The position numbers and the translations under genes are program-made. Shown here in pieces: positions 63,601 to 64,000 of a stretch of 64,000 bases of DNA. The stretch is from Dehalococcoidales bacterium (GTDB lineage: Bacteria > Chloroflexota > Dehalococcoidia > Dehalococcoidales > RBG-16-60-22), in contig DAOULX010000019.1 of assembly GCA_034414775.1 (NCBI GenBank), positions 13,891-77,890 of the forward strand, written 5' to 3'. The notes beneath the pieces are model-generated. The model was given only the letters and a program-made list of their open reading frames with translations. It searched no databases and had not been told where the DNA came from. Position 1 is the stretch's first letter. Every line of letters begins with the position of its first letter.

Positions 63601-64000
63601 TACACCAGCGTCACCAAGTCCGGGGATGTCCGCACCAAGCTTTTCTCCGCCGAGACAATTAGCGTGGCCGGAGAGCCTTGTATCATCGCCGTGACCACAG
63701 ATATCACCGAGCGCAAACAGATGGAGGAAACCATCCGTAAGTCGGAGGAAAGGTACCGCACGATTTTCGAATCGGCCAACGATATCATCATACTCATGGA
63801 CAAGAAAGGCAAAATCATTGATATCAACCAGAATATAATCAAGTTGGGTGGCTACAGCCGGGAACAGCTGGTGGGTAAGAATTTCCGGACACTCTCCAAG
63901 ATCATGCCCAAGAAGACCATGGCTGTTGTTGTTAAAAAATTCATGCTTCGGATGATGGGAGTCGATGTACCGCCGTACGAGGTCGAGATGTACCGGGATG
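60625..64000 (+). CDS. Large multi-sensor signalling protein: N-terminal 7TM domain, PAS x3, GAF, PAS x3...; 3' end lies outside the window
   Basis: I translated 60625-63999 codon by codon and found 1125 sense codons with no stop. It has an N-terminal 7-helix domain, repeated PAS modules each ending in D(I/V)TER(K/R), and a GAF block (62500-62975). It is absent from the supplied track, which shows only antisense shadow ORFs here. Confidence 0.9.
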   Translation, partial: MRFIEYIPIFLTAMALVIAFLVMLRAWRYRTRPPAQAFLFLMASLAWWLLCSIIENSSPNPAVNVFWMNTSYLGITTLPVFWLLFILHYADNGRWWRRRGLAFLFILPAITLVMVWTDGLHHLVWRNIQLDTSLYPPIKTLVYGSWYWVHAGYSYLLLITGNLLLFHRLLRSSGIYRRQAGIMLQASFIPWIVNILYIIPIGPNFGVDPTPMAFVITSVALLGGLNRMKLLSIMPVAFEAIFKSIGDGVIVIDERNYIREVNPAAAAILQAKTTDLLGKKLCRVIPAHAYSQEKIPESRLTETVISLVNGQIQRFYKMQVYRISDRQNVSGRVVLLHDDTERRTAEKVTRERALLETELKASTETQQALADTSRRLQILMEESPVMICSVDIEGRYTYMNKKYEEVTGYHREEVLGKTGFNTGMYDKETTRLLKERMKARLQGEKLGPLEVRCQRWDGEVIWISTVAEPIHEGNTTIGFQIIAQDVTERRQMEQALRESEDAFSRAFRASPDRMVITRLKDDTFVDVNDSYLRYAGYTREQVIGKTPLEFRSWADAEHRQRLKEKLKNDGHVVNEEVDFRLKSGEIRTSLFSAEPINIGGEPCMISIATDITERKKTEQLQKDENHVLTLLSQGAELSELLDSIVRLGEAHDPSIRGSILQFDASKNLLFVAAAPNIPADYLKLLEDGLLVGPNKGACGTSAYLKDTVIVPDIKNSPYFESAEVVERAVRHRLLAVWSQPILASSGEVLGIIANYADRVGLPDEDTRKVLEWSTRIAAIAIERKMAERARADEAIRRRILMEQSSDGIFVIDEQGQVYEANQRFAEMLGYSMEEVRHLGVWDWEASYPREKVAEMLQSVDEKGDHFETKHVRKDGSLYDVEISTNGAIIGGQKLIFCVCRDITERKRAEAALRESEEKFSKAFRSSPNSICIGTLKDGTFLEVNDSFTRDNGWTREEVIGRSSRSLNMWAKPEEHARIMRKLVKDGRVVNEEYTSVTKSGDVRTKLFSAETISVAGEPCIIAVTTDITERKQMEETIRKSEERYRTIFESANDIIILMDKKGKIIDINQNIIKLGGYSREQLVGKNFRTLSKIMPKKTMAVVVKKFMLRMMGVDVPPYEVEMYRD

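Noticed and set aside
60778-63842. Six track ORFs: 60778..61074, 61141..61635, 61569..61799, 61815..62207, 61918..62502 and 63297..63842 (minus strand), plus 62795..63025 (plus strand, off frame).
   Set aside because: All lie within the uninterrupted plus-strand 7TM-PAS-GAF ORF that starts at 60625. Their translations lack domain motifs.

Overview
The window is 64 kb of a moderately GC-rich bacterial chromosome. Bacterial hallmarks are lgt, efp, dnaN and tilS. The Fe-S and flavin redox gene content suggests an anaerobe, possibly Chloroflexota/Dehalococcoidia-like; this is an inference I cannot verify here. Housekeeping genes make up most of it: an ECF-type ABC importer (5' end cut), lgt, a znuACB-like operon with divergent zur, pyk, a MarR-MATE operon, a glutaredoxin-like/FTR-rubredoxin pair, moaA-moaC, dnaN, efp-epmA, inositol-3-phosphate synthase, two tandem CNNM/CorC genes, tilS, pncA-pncB, purH/purM and an ABC-2 exporter. 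Seven accessory or unusual elements stand out. (1) An AT-rich single-gene islet encodes a TIR-domain protein with an unassigned Cys/His-rich N-domain. (2) A 1.67-kb insertion bounded by an exact 28-bp duplication of the dnaN 3' end carries an FG-GAP repeat surface protein. (3) A ~10.5-kb minus-strand glycan-assembly cluster faces an archaeal-type AglB/STT3 oligosaccharyltransferase (WWDYG motif) and a DUF1616-like gene. (4) A promoter, ~120-nt multi-hairpin leader and terminator precede a DsrE-like gene, which makes a riboswitch candidate. (5) An orphan ParB/DGQHR (DndB-like) protein is present. (6) There are many gene remnants: panE, rhodanese, yyaL, nitroreductase and two histidine-kinase tails. 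(7) A >1125-codon 7TM-PAS/GAF sensor ORF runs off the right edge and is missing from the supplied ORF track. I found no rRNA, tRNA, CRISPR array, transposase or integrase. All family assignments come from motif recognition by eye, without database searches.
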